Positions 1 to 7,900 of a stretch of DNA of 24,000 bases are shown piece by piece. Below the pieces are notes generated by a model. The model did not search any database and was not told the origin of the DNA. It worked only from the letters and a program-made list of their open reading frames with translations. How positions within the stretch are numbered: the stretch's first letter is position 1; each line of letters begins with the position of its first letter. The DNA is taken from assembly GCA_009779915.1 (NCBI GenBank), contig WRBA01000001.1, positions 42,212 through 66,211 of the forward strand, given 5' to 3'. This stretch comes from Defluviitaleaceae bacterium (GTDB taxonomy: Bacteria > Bacillota > Clostridia > Lachnospirales > UBA5962). The position numbers and the translations under genes were made by a program.

Positions 1-63
1 TCGAGGGAGCAGATAGATGTGCCTGTTAATGAAACTCTTATAGTAGAGCTTTATTCCAAGTAG
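1..63 (+). CDS. rpsD: 30S ribosomal protein S4, C-terminal fragment (gene begins upstream of window)
   Basis: Frame 1 reads SREQIDVPVNETLIVELYSK* with stop TAG at 61-63. LIVELYSK is the conserved S4 C-terminus, and rpsD-rpoA-rplQ is the canonical gene order. Confidence 0.8.
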   Translation, partial: SREQIDVPVNETLIVELYSK

Positions 64-90
64 TTCTCATCGTGAAGGGAGGTTGCGTGC

Positions 91-1050
91 GTGTTTGAGT
101 TTGAAAAGCCTCGCATTGAAGTAACGGAGCTTAGTCAGGACGGCACTTATGGAAAGTTTGTAGTTGAACCTTTGGAAAGGGGTTATGGCACCACATTAGG
201 CAATTCTCTAAGGAGAATACTATTATCCTCTCTTCCGGGTGCGGCTATATCAAGTATAAAGGTTGACGGGGTTTTACATGAATTTAGCACTCTTCCGGGG
301 GTTAAGGAAGATGTGACGGAAATTATCTTAAACCTTAAGGAATTGTCGATACAAAACAACTCTGAGTCCAATGAGCCTAAAGTAGCTTATATTGATGTTG
401 AAGGTGAAGGTGTAATTAAAGGGTCAGATATAAAGGTCGACTCTGATATAGAAATAATGACGCCGGATACTCATATAGCAACTTTAAGCGGCGGTCCTAA
501 CACCAAGCTTCATATTGAGCTTACCATTACAAAAGGCAGAGGATATGTAGGTGCCGATAAAGGCAAGAAAAATGAACAGTTCGTAGGGGTTATCCCGGTG
601 GATTCTTTATATACCCCTGTTAGGCGCGTTAATTTTATGGTGGAAGACACTCGTGTAGGTCAAACTACGGACTTTGATAAATTAACTTTGGAAGTATGGA
701 CAAATGGTACGGTTAAGCCTGATGATGCTGTAAGTTTAGGCTCTAAAATACTAATTGAGCATCTTAAGCTTTTCATGGATTTGTCCGATAATGTTAGAAA
801 TACAGAGATTATGGTTGAAAAAGAGGAAGGCAAGAAGGAGAAAGTTCTTGAGCTTTCCATTGAGGAGCTTGACCTTTCGGTAAGAAGTTATAATTGTTTG
901 AAAAGAGCAGGCATTAATACAGTTGAGGATTTAGCTAACAAAACCGAGGAAGACATGATGAAAGTACGTAATCTTGGACGTAAATCCCTTGAAGAAGTGC
1001 TTAACAAAATGACTGATCTTGGTCTTGCCTTAAAGCCTAGCGATGATTAA
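91..1050 (+). CDS. rpoA: DNA-directed RNA polymerase subunit alpha
   Basis: 319 aa. The N-terminal [10 protein letters not shown]...[22 protein letters not shown] and the C-terminal domain [23 protein letters not shown]...[12 protein letters not shown] are RpoA hallmarks. GTG start lies 9 nt after GGGAGG. Confidence 0.97.
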   Translation: MFEFEKPRIEVTELSQDGTYGKFVVEPLERGYGTTLGNSLRRILLSSLPGAAISSIKVDGVLHEFSTLPGVKEDVTEIILNLKELSIQNNSESNEPKVAYIDVEGEGVIKGSDIKVDSDIEIMTPDTHIATLSGGPNTKLHIELTITKGRGYVGADKGKKNEQFVGVIPVDSLYTPVRRVNFMVEDTRVGQTTDFDKLTLEVWTNGTVKPDDAVSLGSKILIEHLKLFMDLSDNVRNTEIMVEKEEGKKEKVLELSIEELDLSVRSYNCLKRAGINTVEDLANKTEEDMMKVRNLGRKSLEEVLNKMTDLGLALKPSDD

Positions 1051-1088
1051 GATGGATTATTGATTAGCAAACAGAGGAGGTTATTTTC

Positions 1089-1625
1089 ATGCCCGGCTAC
1101 AGAAAGCTTGGTCGCACATCCAGCCAGCGTAAAGCTATGCTTAGGAATTTAACGACCAATTTATTATACCACGGTAAAATTGAAACAACCGAAACAAGAG
1201 CTAAAGAAATAAGAAAGCAAGCTGAGAAGCTTATTACTTTGGCAAAGAAGCAAAAAGATAATTATGAAACTGTAACTGTAACTGCGAAAGTTCCTCAAAA
1301 GGATGGCAGCGGCAAAAGAATTAAGAAAGAGGAAAATGGCAAAAAAGTGACGCTTTACAGCGAAGCTCCGAAAAGTATCAAAAAAGATAATCCTGAAAGG
1401 CTTAATGCCAGAAGGAAAATTTTAAGCTATCTCTACCCTGTACTGGAAGTTCCTGCCGATGGCAGAAAAAAACGCCAAAACACTGTAAATGTAGATATGG
1501 CAAATAAAATGTTTGATGAAATAGCACCAAAATACGCCGATAGAAACGGTGGTTATACACGTATCATTAAATTAGGTCCAAGAAAAGGCGATGGTGCGCC
1601 TATGGTTATAATTGAACTGGTGTAA
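1089..1625 (+). CDS. rplQ: 50S ribosomal protein L17, unusually long (178 aa) with an internal Lys-rich insertion
   Basis: N-terminus [20 protein letters not shown]...ETTETRAKE and C-terminus [25 protein letters not shown] are canonical L17. GAGGAGG Shine-Dalgarno upstream. Sits directly after rpoA. Confidence 0.95.
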   Translation: MPGYRKLGRTSSQRKAMLRNLTTNLLYHGKIETTETRAKEIRKQAEKLITLAKKQKDNYETVTVTAKVPQKDGSGKRIKKEENGKKVTLYSEAPKSIKKDNPERLNARRKILSYLYPVLEVPADGRKKRQNTVNVDMANKMFDEIAPKYADRNGGYTRIIKLGPRKGDGAPMVIIELV

Positions 1626-1642
1626 AGCTGTATTAACATGTG

Positions 1643-1677
1643 AGCCTGTCTAAATATATTGTTATTTTAGATAGGCT
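1643..1677 (+). terminator. Hairpin after rplQ (12-bp stem with one G-U, 11-nt loop); weak or absent U-tract
   Basis: AGCCTGTCTAAA (1643-1654) pairs with TTTAGATAGGCT (1666-1677). The downstream sequence is not T-rich, so it may be a processing or attenuating hairpin rather than a strong terminator. Confidence 0.35.
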
Positions 1678-1722
1678 TGCTCTAGTAAAAATGCAATCCA
1701 ACGCATTTATCAAAGAGGGTGT

Positions 1723-2559
1723 TTGAATGTGAGTGATCCTTCAGATAAAAACAATTCAAAATCATTAAATAAGAGAAAGCCAGGCTGGAACAAGGGCTGG
1801 AATTGGTCTGTTGCTTTTGGGGGTCATGGTGTTCCCCCTATACATAATGCTTCATACAATGCGGCAGCTGTTGCTAGAAAAAAAGATTTAGAAAGAGCTG
1901 TTCGTGAGTTTAATAAGGAATATGCTAAGTTCCTTCAGGAACGAGAAAGTGCTGAAAACGATGAAAGCACTGAGCATGATGAAATTGTTAAAGTTACTGA
2001 AAGCCCACGAATTGTTAAAGTACACGAAAATGCCAAAGCCACTAAAGGGATTGATTTTATGGATATGCAAAAATATATTGATCGCTTAGACCAAGACCGT
2101 CGTGATATGGAAAACCGGCTGCGTGAAGATCGTGTTGCATTGGAAGAGCGGCTTATTGAAAATGACAGAGCTATAGAGCATAGGCTTGGTGAAAACCTGC
2201 TTCAGATTGAGCATCGGTTAATAGACTCCCATCAGCGTATGGAAGATTATGTTCGCCGCTATATTGCTGAGCATAAAGAGGAGCGGCGTGTTGCGGAGGG
2301 TCAGTTAATAGACTCCCATCAGCGTATGGAGGAATATGTCCGCCGCTGTATCGCGGAACACAAGGAAGAACGGCGTGTTGCGGAAACCCAGATAAACGAC
2401 AGGCTTAAGGAAGCTGTCGAAAAGATGGACAAGGCTCTGGATAGGTCGGAATCGGCAAAAAAATTGACTATAGGAGTTTGTATAGTCACTATGCTTGGCA
2501 TAGCAGCTGTAATAGCAGCTATTATTGTTATGACGCCAATGTGGCCTATTTGGTTTTAA
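1723..2559 (+). CDS. Hypothetical tail-anchored coiled-coil membrane protein (278 aa)
   Basis: TTG start 3 nt after AAGAGGG. Long charged heptad-like region (RLREDRVALEERLIENDRAIEHRL...). Single C-terminal hydrophobic helix LTIGVCIVTMLGIAAVIAAIIVM. No family recognised. Confidence 0.7.
   Translation: MNVSDPSDKNNSKSLNKRKPGWNKGWNWSVAFGGHGVPPIHNASYNAAAVARKKDLERAVREFNKEYAKFLQERESAENDESTEHDEIVKVTESPRIVKVHENAKATKGIDFMDMQKYIDRLDQDRRDMENRLREDRVALEERLIENDRAIEHRLGENLLQIEHRLIDSHQRMEDYVRRYIAEHKEERRVAEGQLIDSHQRMEEYVRRCIAEHKEERRVAETQINDRLKEAVEKMDKALDRSESAKKLTIGVCIVTMLGIAAVIAAIIVMTPMWPIWF
2218..2391 (+). repeat. In-frame tandem duplication, 2 x 87 bp (29 aa each), inside the coiled-coil CDS
   Basis: 2218-2304 and 2305-2391 both start TTAATAGACTCCCATCAGCGTATGGA. 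They encode LIDSHQRMEDYVRRYIAEHKEERRVAEGQ and LIDSHQRMEEYVRRCIAEHKEERRVAETQ. Most DNA differences are synonymous third-position changes. Confidence 0.9.
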
Positions 2560-2577
2560 ATTGACTATAATTAAATT

Positions 2578-2610
2578 AAAAGCCTGAAGGATACGCTCCT
2601 TCAGGCTTTT
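2578..2610. terminator. Bidirectional rho-independent terminator between convergent genes
   Basis: Perfect 14-bp stem AAAAGCCTGAAGGA / TCCTTCAGGCTTTT with 5-nt loop. A-run on one side and T-run on the other. Confidence 0.8.
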
Positions 2611-2649
2611 ATAATGTTATGAAATATTATACCGAAAGCGCAAGCAATC

Positions 2650-4008
2650 TTAACAACAACCGGAAACAACAGTATTCCTTCCGGATGCTTTTGCCTGATA
2701 AAGGGCTTTATCGGCATTTTTAAGAATATCGGAGAGACTTAAAATACCATCAATTTCGATTAGGGAAGATACGCCAAAAGAAGCAGTAATAGGGATTTTA
2801 ATCCCACCTGAAACTGAAAACTTAGTAGATGTAATATTTTTTTGAACTCGCCAAGCGATATCTATTGCATTTTTGTTGCTAATATTAGGCAATAAAATCA
2901 CAAACTCTTCTCCGCCGTATCTTGCTATTAATATATTGTGCAAAACCCTTTGCATACGCTTTACCAAAATCTTTAAAACTTCATCGCCAATATCATGCCC
3001 ATAAGTGTCATTAACAACTTTAAAAAAATCAATATCTACCATAATTAGTGAAAGCTCTTGTCCTGCTTCAATGGTTGCGTGCAGTGCCTTGTCTGCCTCT
3101 TCCATAAAATAACGCCTATTATAAGCCCCTGTAAGAGGGTCCATATATGCTAACTTTTTCAAATAATCAACCATTTCAAGGGCATTATTAATCTCCCTAA
3201 GGTCACGAGTGTAGCTAATTATCATCTTTCTTCCTTCAAGGGTAACAGGTTCAAAAGTTTTCTCACAATGGATAAGCTTACCGCCCAGGGTTTGATGCAG
3301 CCACCCAAAATTCATACGGCCGTTTTCAAATGAAGCTTCTATTAACTCCTTTATTTTTTCCACTGAAAGACGACCATCCGGCTGGTATTCGGGGGAAAGC
3401 TCAAAAAAGCGGTCAATATACTCCTGTTTGTTTTTAAGCTCGAAAAGGCGCAAAGCTTCACGATTAACTTCTAATATTGTAAAATTTTCATCATATATAA
3501 CACAAGCCATAGGGGAAGAATCCAACATAAGCTGGAGCCGTTCCTTTATTATTTGTTCTGCTTCGCGCAGCTTATAAGTTTCACGCAAATCACGTAAAGT
3601 AGCCAGTACATAAGTATCATTTTGCCAGTGTACTCGCACTAAAGTAACTTCGGCAGGTATAAATTCACCGTTTTTGTGTATATGCAGCCATTCAAAACAT
3701 ACCCGACCTATTTTAAAAGCCTCTAGTGTCATCTCCTCTGATTTTTTTATGGATTCTTTCCCACAAAGCTGAAATTTAGGTGAAAGGTCGAAAAAATTAT
3801 CAATATATTCCTGCTTACTTTTAAGCCCAAAAAAATCCGGGCATCCTTGATTACAGTCCAAGATATTATGTGTTCTATCTCTAAAATAGCATGGGAAAGG
3901 GATACTGTCAAAAATGGCACGGAGGCGGTTGTCAGCTTCCTGCAGCTCTTTTAGCAATATATCATAGAGAGGGGGTTCGGTGTTTAGTTTAGTGTTTTTT
4001 TCTGACAT
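2650..4008 (-). CDS. Cytoplasmic diguanylate cyclase, PAS-PAS-GGDEF
   Basis: 452 aa. C-terminal GGDEF domain (DPLTGAYNRRYF..., active site RYGGEEF, ...SFGVS...ADKALYQAKASGRN). Two paralogous PAS modules, each with KQEYID.FF.LSP..Q..G and F.WLH. GAGGTG Shine-Dalgarno. Confidence 0.9.
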   Translation of the reverse strand: MSEKNTKLNTEPPLYDILLKELQEADNRLRAIFDSIPFPCYFRDRTHNILDCNQGCPDFFGLKSKQEYIDNFFDLSPKFQLCGKESIKKSEEMTLEAFKIGRVCFEWLHIHKNGEFIPAEVTLVRVHWQNDTYVLATLRDLRETYKLREAEQIIKERLQLMLDSSPMACVIYDENFTILEVNREALRLFELKNKQEYIDRFFELSPEYQPDGRLSVEKIKELIEASFENGRMNFGWLHQTLGGKLIHCEKTFEPVTLEGRKMIISYTRDLREINNALEMVDYLKKLAYMDPLTGAYNRRYFMEEADKALHATIEAGQELSLIMVDIDFFKVVNDTYGHDIGDEVLKILVKRMQRVLHNILIARYGGEEFVILLPNISNKNAIDIAWRVQKNITSTKFSVSGGIKIPITASFGVSSLIEIDGILSLSDILKNADKALYQAKASGRNTVVSGCC

Positions 4009-4099
4009 AAATACACCTCAGCATGGACTATAAATAAGGAGTGTACTTAATGCAAGCACACTCCCAGTATAATGGATTACTATTATTTTGTCAAAAAAG

Positions 4100-4297
4100 T
4101 CACTCGTCATCTTCGCCGCTGTCAGATTTTCTGCCTTGTTTGCGCTTTTTTACGCTTTCGCTGAGAAGGTACTCAATTTGCCCGTTTAAGGAGCGAAAGT
4201 CATCTTCCGCCCAAGCCGCTAACTCCCTCCAAAGGGAAGCTGACAGCCTTAAGGGGATTTGCTTTTTTTCGCTATCCTTTTTTTCACCGGATTTCAT
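4100..4297 (-). CDS. Small ribbon-helix-helix (Arc/MetJ-like) DNA-binding protein, 65 aa
   Basis: IPLRLSASLWRELAAWAEDDFRSLNGQIEYLL fits the beta-strand/helix/helix pattern of Arc/CopG-type proteins, followed by a charged tail. The ATG lies 2 nt after the SPFH stop with no Shine-Dalgarno, which implies translational coupling. The overlapping plus-strand ORF 4041..4316 is low-complexity and treated as a shadow. Confidence 0.65.
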   Translation of the reverse strand: MKSGEKKDSEKKQIPLRLSASLWRELAAWAEDDFRSLNGQIEYLLSESVKKRKQGRKSDSGEDDE

Positions 4298-4299
4298 AA

Positions 4300-5358
4300 C
4301 TAGACATTATAGATAGAGCCGCTGTTAACTACAGGCTGTGCATCTCTATTGCCGCATAACACTACAAGGAGATTGCTTACCATTGCAGCTTTGCGCTCCT
4401 CGTCAAGATGTACCACATTTTTCTCTGAAAGCCTGCTAAGAGCCATTTCAACCATACCTACAGCACCTTCAACTATCATTTGTTTTGCATCTATTATTGC
4501 GGATGCTTGCTGGCGTTGAAGCATTACGGCGGCGATTTCAGGGGCGTAGGCAAGGTGGGTTATGCGAGCCTCCAATATTTCAAGCCCTGCTACATTTACT
4601 TTTGATTGTATTTCTTCTTTAAGTTTTTCCGCTACTTCACCGCTTGAGCCGCTTAAAGAGGATTCGGAGTTACTTTCATGAGAATCATAAGGGTAGAGCC
4701 TTACAATATTACGCAAAGCAGAATCACACTGGATAGACAAAAATTCCTTATAATTATCCACATTAAAGACGGCCTTTGCAGTGTTTGTTACCTTCCATAT
4801 AACAACTATGCCGATTATGATAGGGTTGCCCAGCTTATCATTTATTTTTTGCTGGTTGTTTGAGAGAGTGCTGGCTTTTAAGGAGATTTTTTTGTTATGC
4901 TGGGCTAAACTTAGATTAACACTTGCAGTAGTGCCGGGAGCAATAGTCTGAACCTGCTCAAGGGTTTCTGTAGTTGTGCCTTTTGCAGGGTTTACCGGCG
5001 TGGCAAAAGGATTTACAAAGAAAAACCCTTCGTGTTTGATAGTACCTATATACTTTCCGAATAATGCGAGGACAAGGGCTTCATTAGGCTTTACAATTTT
5101 AAGCCCGCCGTACAATATAGGACCGATGATAAAAGCATAAATTGACCCTATAACTATCATAACTACCCCTAAAGGCATCCCGAATATAGAACTGAATTCA
5201 CCTTGCGCCATACGTACTATACCCAAAACAAATATACCCAGAGCCGCAAGAGTAAGCAATGTGTTTAGGATAAGCATTGACATACCACTTTTAGTGGCTA
5301 AATTGATTTCTTCATATTGATGGTCTTGGTTTTTATTCGTAGATTTTGACATATGCAA
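4300..5358 (-). CDS. SPFH/band-7 (stomatin/flotillin-like) membrane protein
   Basis: 352 aa. Two N-terminal TM helices. SPFH core signature ...[32 protein letters not shown].... GGAGG Shine-Dalgarno 6 nt upstream. Confidence 0.85.
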   Translation of the reverse strand: MHMSKSTNKNQDHQYEEINLATKSGMSMLILNTLLTLAALGIFVLGIVRMAQGEFSSIFGMPLGVVMIVIGSIYAFIIGPILYGGLKIVKPNEALVLALFGKYIGTIKHEGFFFVNPFATPVNPAKGTTTETLEQVQTIAPGTTASVNLSLAQHNKKISLKASTLSNNQQKINDKLGNPIIIGIVVIWKVTNTAKAVFNVDNYKEFLSIQCDSALRNIVRLYPYDSHESNSESSLSGSSGEVAEKLKEEIQSKVNVAGLEILEARITHLAYAPEIAAVMLQRQQASAIIDAKQMIVEGAVGMVEMALSRLSEKNVVHLDEERKAAMVSNLLVVLCGNRDAQPVVNSGSIYNV

Positions 5359-5402
5359 TACCTCCGCAAATATAAAATTGATATCATTTTGATATTATAT
5401 TT

Positions 5403-5431
5403 ATATTAAGGTATAATCTGGTAAATGTCAA
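5403..5431 (-). promoter_or_regulatory. Candidate sigma-A promoter for the SPFH/RHH operon
   Basis: Minus strand reads TTGACA (5431-5426), 17 nt spacer, TAATAT (5408-5403), about 45 nt upstream of the SPFH ATG. Confidence 0.45.
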
Positions 5432-5443
5432 GTAAAATTATAA

Positions 5444-5472
5444 AAAACGCTACCTCATTGGGATAGCGTTTT
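5444..5472 (-). terminator. Rho-independent terminator after the sigma/anti-sigma operon
   Basis: AAAACGCTA / TAGCGTTTT stem. On the minus strand it is followed by TTTTTTA. Lies 20 nt after the anti-sigma stop. Confidence 0.7.
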
Positions 5473-5491
5473 AATTATTTATAGAATTAGT

Positions 5492-6271
5492 TTAACCAAG
5501 GGACTCTGCCATTTTAATTAATTCATCAACTTCTACATTATTCATCCCAAAAAACGTGTACAGAACATCACCAATTAACAGGTTTACAGTGCTAATATCA
5601 ACAACAGCGGTATATCCATTAATTTCCATTGTCCGCATATGCTCGCTTGCGGAGGCTTCAAAGCCTGTATCTTCAGTCATATAGCGGATTTGCATTCTAA
5701 TTTCTTCTTCGCCGTTAAAAAACACAACACCCATGTACATATTTGCTCCTTGGTCTCTAAATTCTTCAAATTCCTCTATGGACTCAGCGAAATAGAATAT
5801 ATGCTTGAAATGAAAACCTTCCGGCACGTAAGTTGGCAGTTTAGCATCAGTTATAAAATGGCTTAAGCCTTCTGCTGCATCGGTGAATGTGAGCCACTCA
5901 GGCTCTTCCCATTGGTCGGATACAATTACAACTCCGGCGTCAATAAGCTCTTGCAGCTCCTCTTGTAATGCGGCAATTTCCTCTTCACTGCGCTCCGGCA
6001 TAACAGTGAAGGCGGCGTGATTACCTAACATCGCCGTTCGCATATACCTAACTAAATCCTGTCCGAAAACCGCAATAGACATAGATAATATAACAGCCAT
6101 ACAAGCTATAAAAGCAATAGGTTTTTTAAATCCTCTTTTCATATAAACATTCCTCTCTTGATTAATTGTTGGGAGCTTGGCTTTTAATATTTCAAGGTTT
6201 TCGTCCTTGTTTTTACTTTCAGAAGCGAAATTTGTAGCTCTGATTTTTTTTATAAACTCTTCTTCGCGCAT
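5492..6271 (-). CDS. Putative membrane anti-sigma factor / DUF4367-like protein
   Basis: 259 aa. Cytoplasmic N-terminus, single TM (IAFIACMAVILSMSIAVF) and an extracytoplasmic domain with an LPTYVPEGF motif. Its start overlaps the sigma gene stop by 1 nt (TAATG). Confidence 0.6.
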   Translation of the reverse strand: MREEEFIKKIRATNFASESKNKDENLEILKAKLPTINQERNVYMKRGFKKPIAFIACMAVILSMSIAVFGQDLVRYMRTAMLGNHAAFTVMPERSEEEIAALQEELQELIDAGVVIVSDQWEEPEWLTFTDAAEGLSHFITDAKLPTYVPEGFHFKHIFYFAESIEEFEEFRDQGANMYMGVVFFNGEEEIRMQIRYMTEDTGFEASASEHMRTMEINGYTAVVDISTVNLLIGDVLYTFFGMNNVEVDELIKMAESLG

Positions 6272-6828
6272 TAAAGCCCCTCCTTGTCCATAATCTTCTT
6301 TAATTTTTTAACTGCTCTATAACAAATAGTCCCCACATTAGTTTCACTTAGGTTCATTATCTGCGCTATTTCAGGATTTTTTAAATCAGTTGCAAATTTC
6401 ATGGATAGTATTTGCCTCTCCAAGTCTTTAAGTTTTGCCATGGCTGTAATTAAGGCTTTATTATTTTCGCTAAAGACTATAATCTCTTCCGGACGCCGCT
6501 CCGGGGAAATAAGTTCCACAATGTCATCTAAGGGAATGAATATTTTGCGTTTTTTCTTTCGCAAATAGTCCGTTATAACATTTTTTGCTATACCGATAAG
6601 CCATGCTTCGATTGGAGCAATTTCAGGCTTATAAGTATGAAAGCGGCTTATGGCACTTACAAAAACGTCACTCGTAAGCTCCTCCGAATCGAAGTGGTTA
6701 TTTATCCGAAAGCAAATATAGTTGTACACATTATCATAATATCGCGTATATATTGATTCTAAAAACACGGTGTCCATTTCATATTGTATTTGCTTTTTAT
6801 AAGGCACCACTTCTTCACGAACACTCAT
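6271..6828 (-). CDS. ECF-type RNA polymerase sigma-70 family factor (185 aa)
   Basis: Region 2 (YYDNVYNYICFRI...DVFVSAI..., AWLIGIAKNVITDYLRKKKR) and region 4 HTH (EIAQIMNLSETNVGTICYRAVKKLK). I chose the start at ATG 6828 because of AAAGGAG 6 nt upstream. The longer ORF to 6963 has no Shine-Dalgarno and runs into a repeat element. Confidence 0.85.
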   Translation of the reverse strand: MSVREEVVPYKKQIQYEMDTVFLESIYTRYYDNVYNYICFRINNHFDSEELTSDVFVSAISRFHTYKPEIAPIEAWLIGIAKNVITDYLRKKKRKIFIPLDDIVELISPERRPEEIIVFSENNKALITAMAKLKDLERQILSMKFATDLKNPEIAQIMNLSETNVGTICYRAVKKLKKIMDKEGL

Positions 6829-6853
6829 ATGAGACTCCTTTCTATAGCTATTA

Positions 6854-7013
6854 GACCTGTCCGCTAACCTCATCCCACCATCTTTTCGGCATATATTCCA
6901 TTCTGCTGTGTCAAGGTCACCTAGCAAAAGCTTTGGCTTTGCGTCGTCAACCTTTCCGTGCATAATGAAAAATATGCTCGAAAATCTGACAAAAGCAGGT
7001 TAGTGGGCAGGTC
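6854..7013. mobile_element. Candidate 160-bp MITE-like element in the sigma operon leader
   Basis: 17-bp terminal inverted repeats GACCTGTCCGCTAACCT (6854-6870) and AGGTTAGTGGGCAGGTC (6997-7013), 15/17 complementary. Flanked by direct TATTA at 6849-6853 and 7014-7018. Confidence 0.35.
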
Positions 7014-7050
7014 TATTAGATATATATTTGATTGAGCTCTTTCACTAAGG

Positions 7051-7078
7051 TATACGTAAAAAATTCATTTTCGTCACA
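7051..7078 (-). promoter_or_regulatory. Candidate ECF-type promoter upstream of the 6828 sigma gene
   Basis: Minus strand reads TGTGAC-N16-CGTATA, resembling the B. subtilis ECF consensus TGAAAC-N16-CGTA. Lies about 220 nt upstream of the start codon. Confidence 0.4.
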
Positions 7079-7112
7079 CAATTATTAAAAAAATATTATC
7101 GGTATTAAAAAG

Positions 7113-7141
7113 CTGTCTTAGCCTATTAGGGCAGTTTTTTT
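7113..7141. terminator. Hairpin plus T7 run downstream of the TetR gene; pairs better on the plus strand
   Basis: CTGTCTTA / TAGGGCAG. The plus-strand RNA gives 8 bp including 2 G-U pairs, followed by TTTTTTT. The minus-strand RNA has two C-A mismatches, followed by CTTTTT. Positioned 50 nt after the TetR stop. Confidence 0.4.
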
Positions 7142-7193
7142 ATGTAGTCTCTTGCCTTTACAAGCAGCAAAAACCAAAACCAAAACGCATTGC

Positions 7194-7775
7194 CTAGGGC
7201 TTGCCAATAATTCCATACAGGAGCAAATGATGAGTATTCTTAATTGCTGCAACTATATCGTCATTAAACTCTAACTTACTTCCCATAAGATTTATTGCGT
7301 CTATAAAGTCGAGCAAAGTATTTGTTGGTATAGTGCTGTCAATAATCTTTTCTTGCTTGCCAAGTTCAATATATTCACGATAAATATTTCTTTTGCTATC
7401 ATTTATATTTCTAAAAAGCACATCAACAAGTGCAGTATCGCTTAATGCTTTATTGGTAAAATATTCTGAAATGGATAGGTTTATATTTTCTGTAGAAAGA
7501 CTAAGAGCCAACTCAATTTTTTCTAAAAAATCAATATCCATTGTCAAAATCTCTCTTGCTTTTTGTAAGGTGTCAGCCATAACAATATTGGCGCACTCCC
7601 TCACCAGAGCCTCTTTGCTTCCAAAGTAATTATAAATGGATACTTGCGATACGTTGGCGAGTGACGCAATTTCTTTAATACTGGTATTGGTGAACCCTTT
7701 ATTATTAAATAGAGACATTGCGGAACTTATAATTGCTTTCTTTTTCTTTTCGGTTGTCAATTCGTATTTGTTCAT
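7194..7775 (-). CDS. TetR/AcrR family transcriptional regulator (193 aa)
   Basis: N-terminal HTH AIISSAMSLFNNKGFTNTSIKEIASLANVSQVSIYNYFGSKEAL. Start at ATG 7775 chosen for GAGGTGG 6 nt upstream. The ORF-track extension to 7922 lacks a Shine-Dalgarno. Confidence 0.9.
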   Translation of the reverse strand: MNKYELTTEKKKKAIISSAMSLFNNKGFTNTSIKEIASLANVSQVSIYNYFGSKEALVRECANIVMADTLQKAREILTMDIDFLEKIELALSLSTENINLSISEYFTNKALSDTALVDVLFRNINDSKRNIYREYIELGKQEKIIDSTIPTNTLLDFIDAINLMGSKLEFNDDIVAAIKNTHHLLLYGIIGKP

Positions 7776-7815
7776 ATTGCCACCTCGCTTTGGATATACT
7801 ATATCATAGCCTAAG

Positions 7816-7848
7816 CTGACTCGACTTTTCATTTTGAAAAGTCTCGTT
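7816..7848 (-). repeat. Palindromic motif copy 1 (CAACGAGACTTTTC-loop-GAAAAGTCGAGTCA on the minus strand)
   Basis: Both 14-nt arms are identical to the copy at 11236-11266. Lies 40 nt upstream of the TetR start, in the same orientation relative to the downstream gene as copy 2. Confidence 0.6.
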
Positions 7849-7900
7849 GCACCTGTCTGTTGAAACCCTTCGCATTGCTCAGGGTTTCTTTTTATGTGCA

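Noticed and set aside
183-860. Antisense ORFs inside rpoA (183..371 and 660..860). Similar shadow ORFs lie inside other genes (e.g. 1888..2070, 10312..10512, 11748..12059, 13470..13706, 17885..18241, 18537..18956, 21912..22250).
   Set aside because: All lie opposite strongly supported protein-coding genes. They have no ribosome-binding sites and show compositionally biased translations typical of shadow frames.
4039-4094. Hairpin GGAGTGT...ACACTCC and a minus-strand TTGACA-17-TATACT between the RHH gene and the cyclase gene
   Set aside because: The putative promoter would start transcription inside the hairpin that could equally be the SPFH/RHH terminator. I cannot decide between a terminator, a promoter or a leader structure from sequence alone, so it is not listed as a feature.
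4041-4316. 91-aa plus-strand ORF opposite the RHH gene
   Set aside because: It is Ser/Leu/Phe-rich and low-complexity, has no Shine-Dalgarno, and lies antisense to an ORF with a recognisable ribbon-helix-helix pattern that is translationally coupled to the SPFH gene.
5412-5417. Plus-strand TATAAT in the SPFH upstream region
   Set aside because: No plus-strand gene or structured RNA follows it, since the next genes are on the minus strand. It lies within the spacer of the better-supported minus-strand promoter.
6829-6963. 45-codon N-terminal extension of the ECF sigma ORF
   Set aside because: There is no Shine-Dalgarno at 6963, while a strong AAAGGAG sits before ATG 6828. The extension has no sigma-like sequence and lies inside the candidate inserted repeat element.
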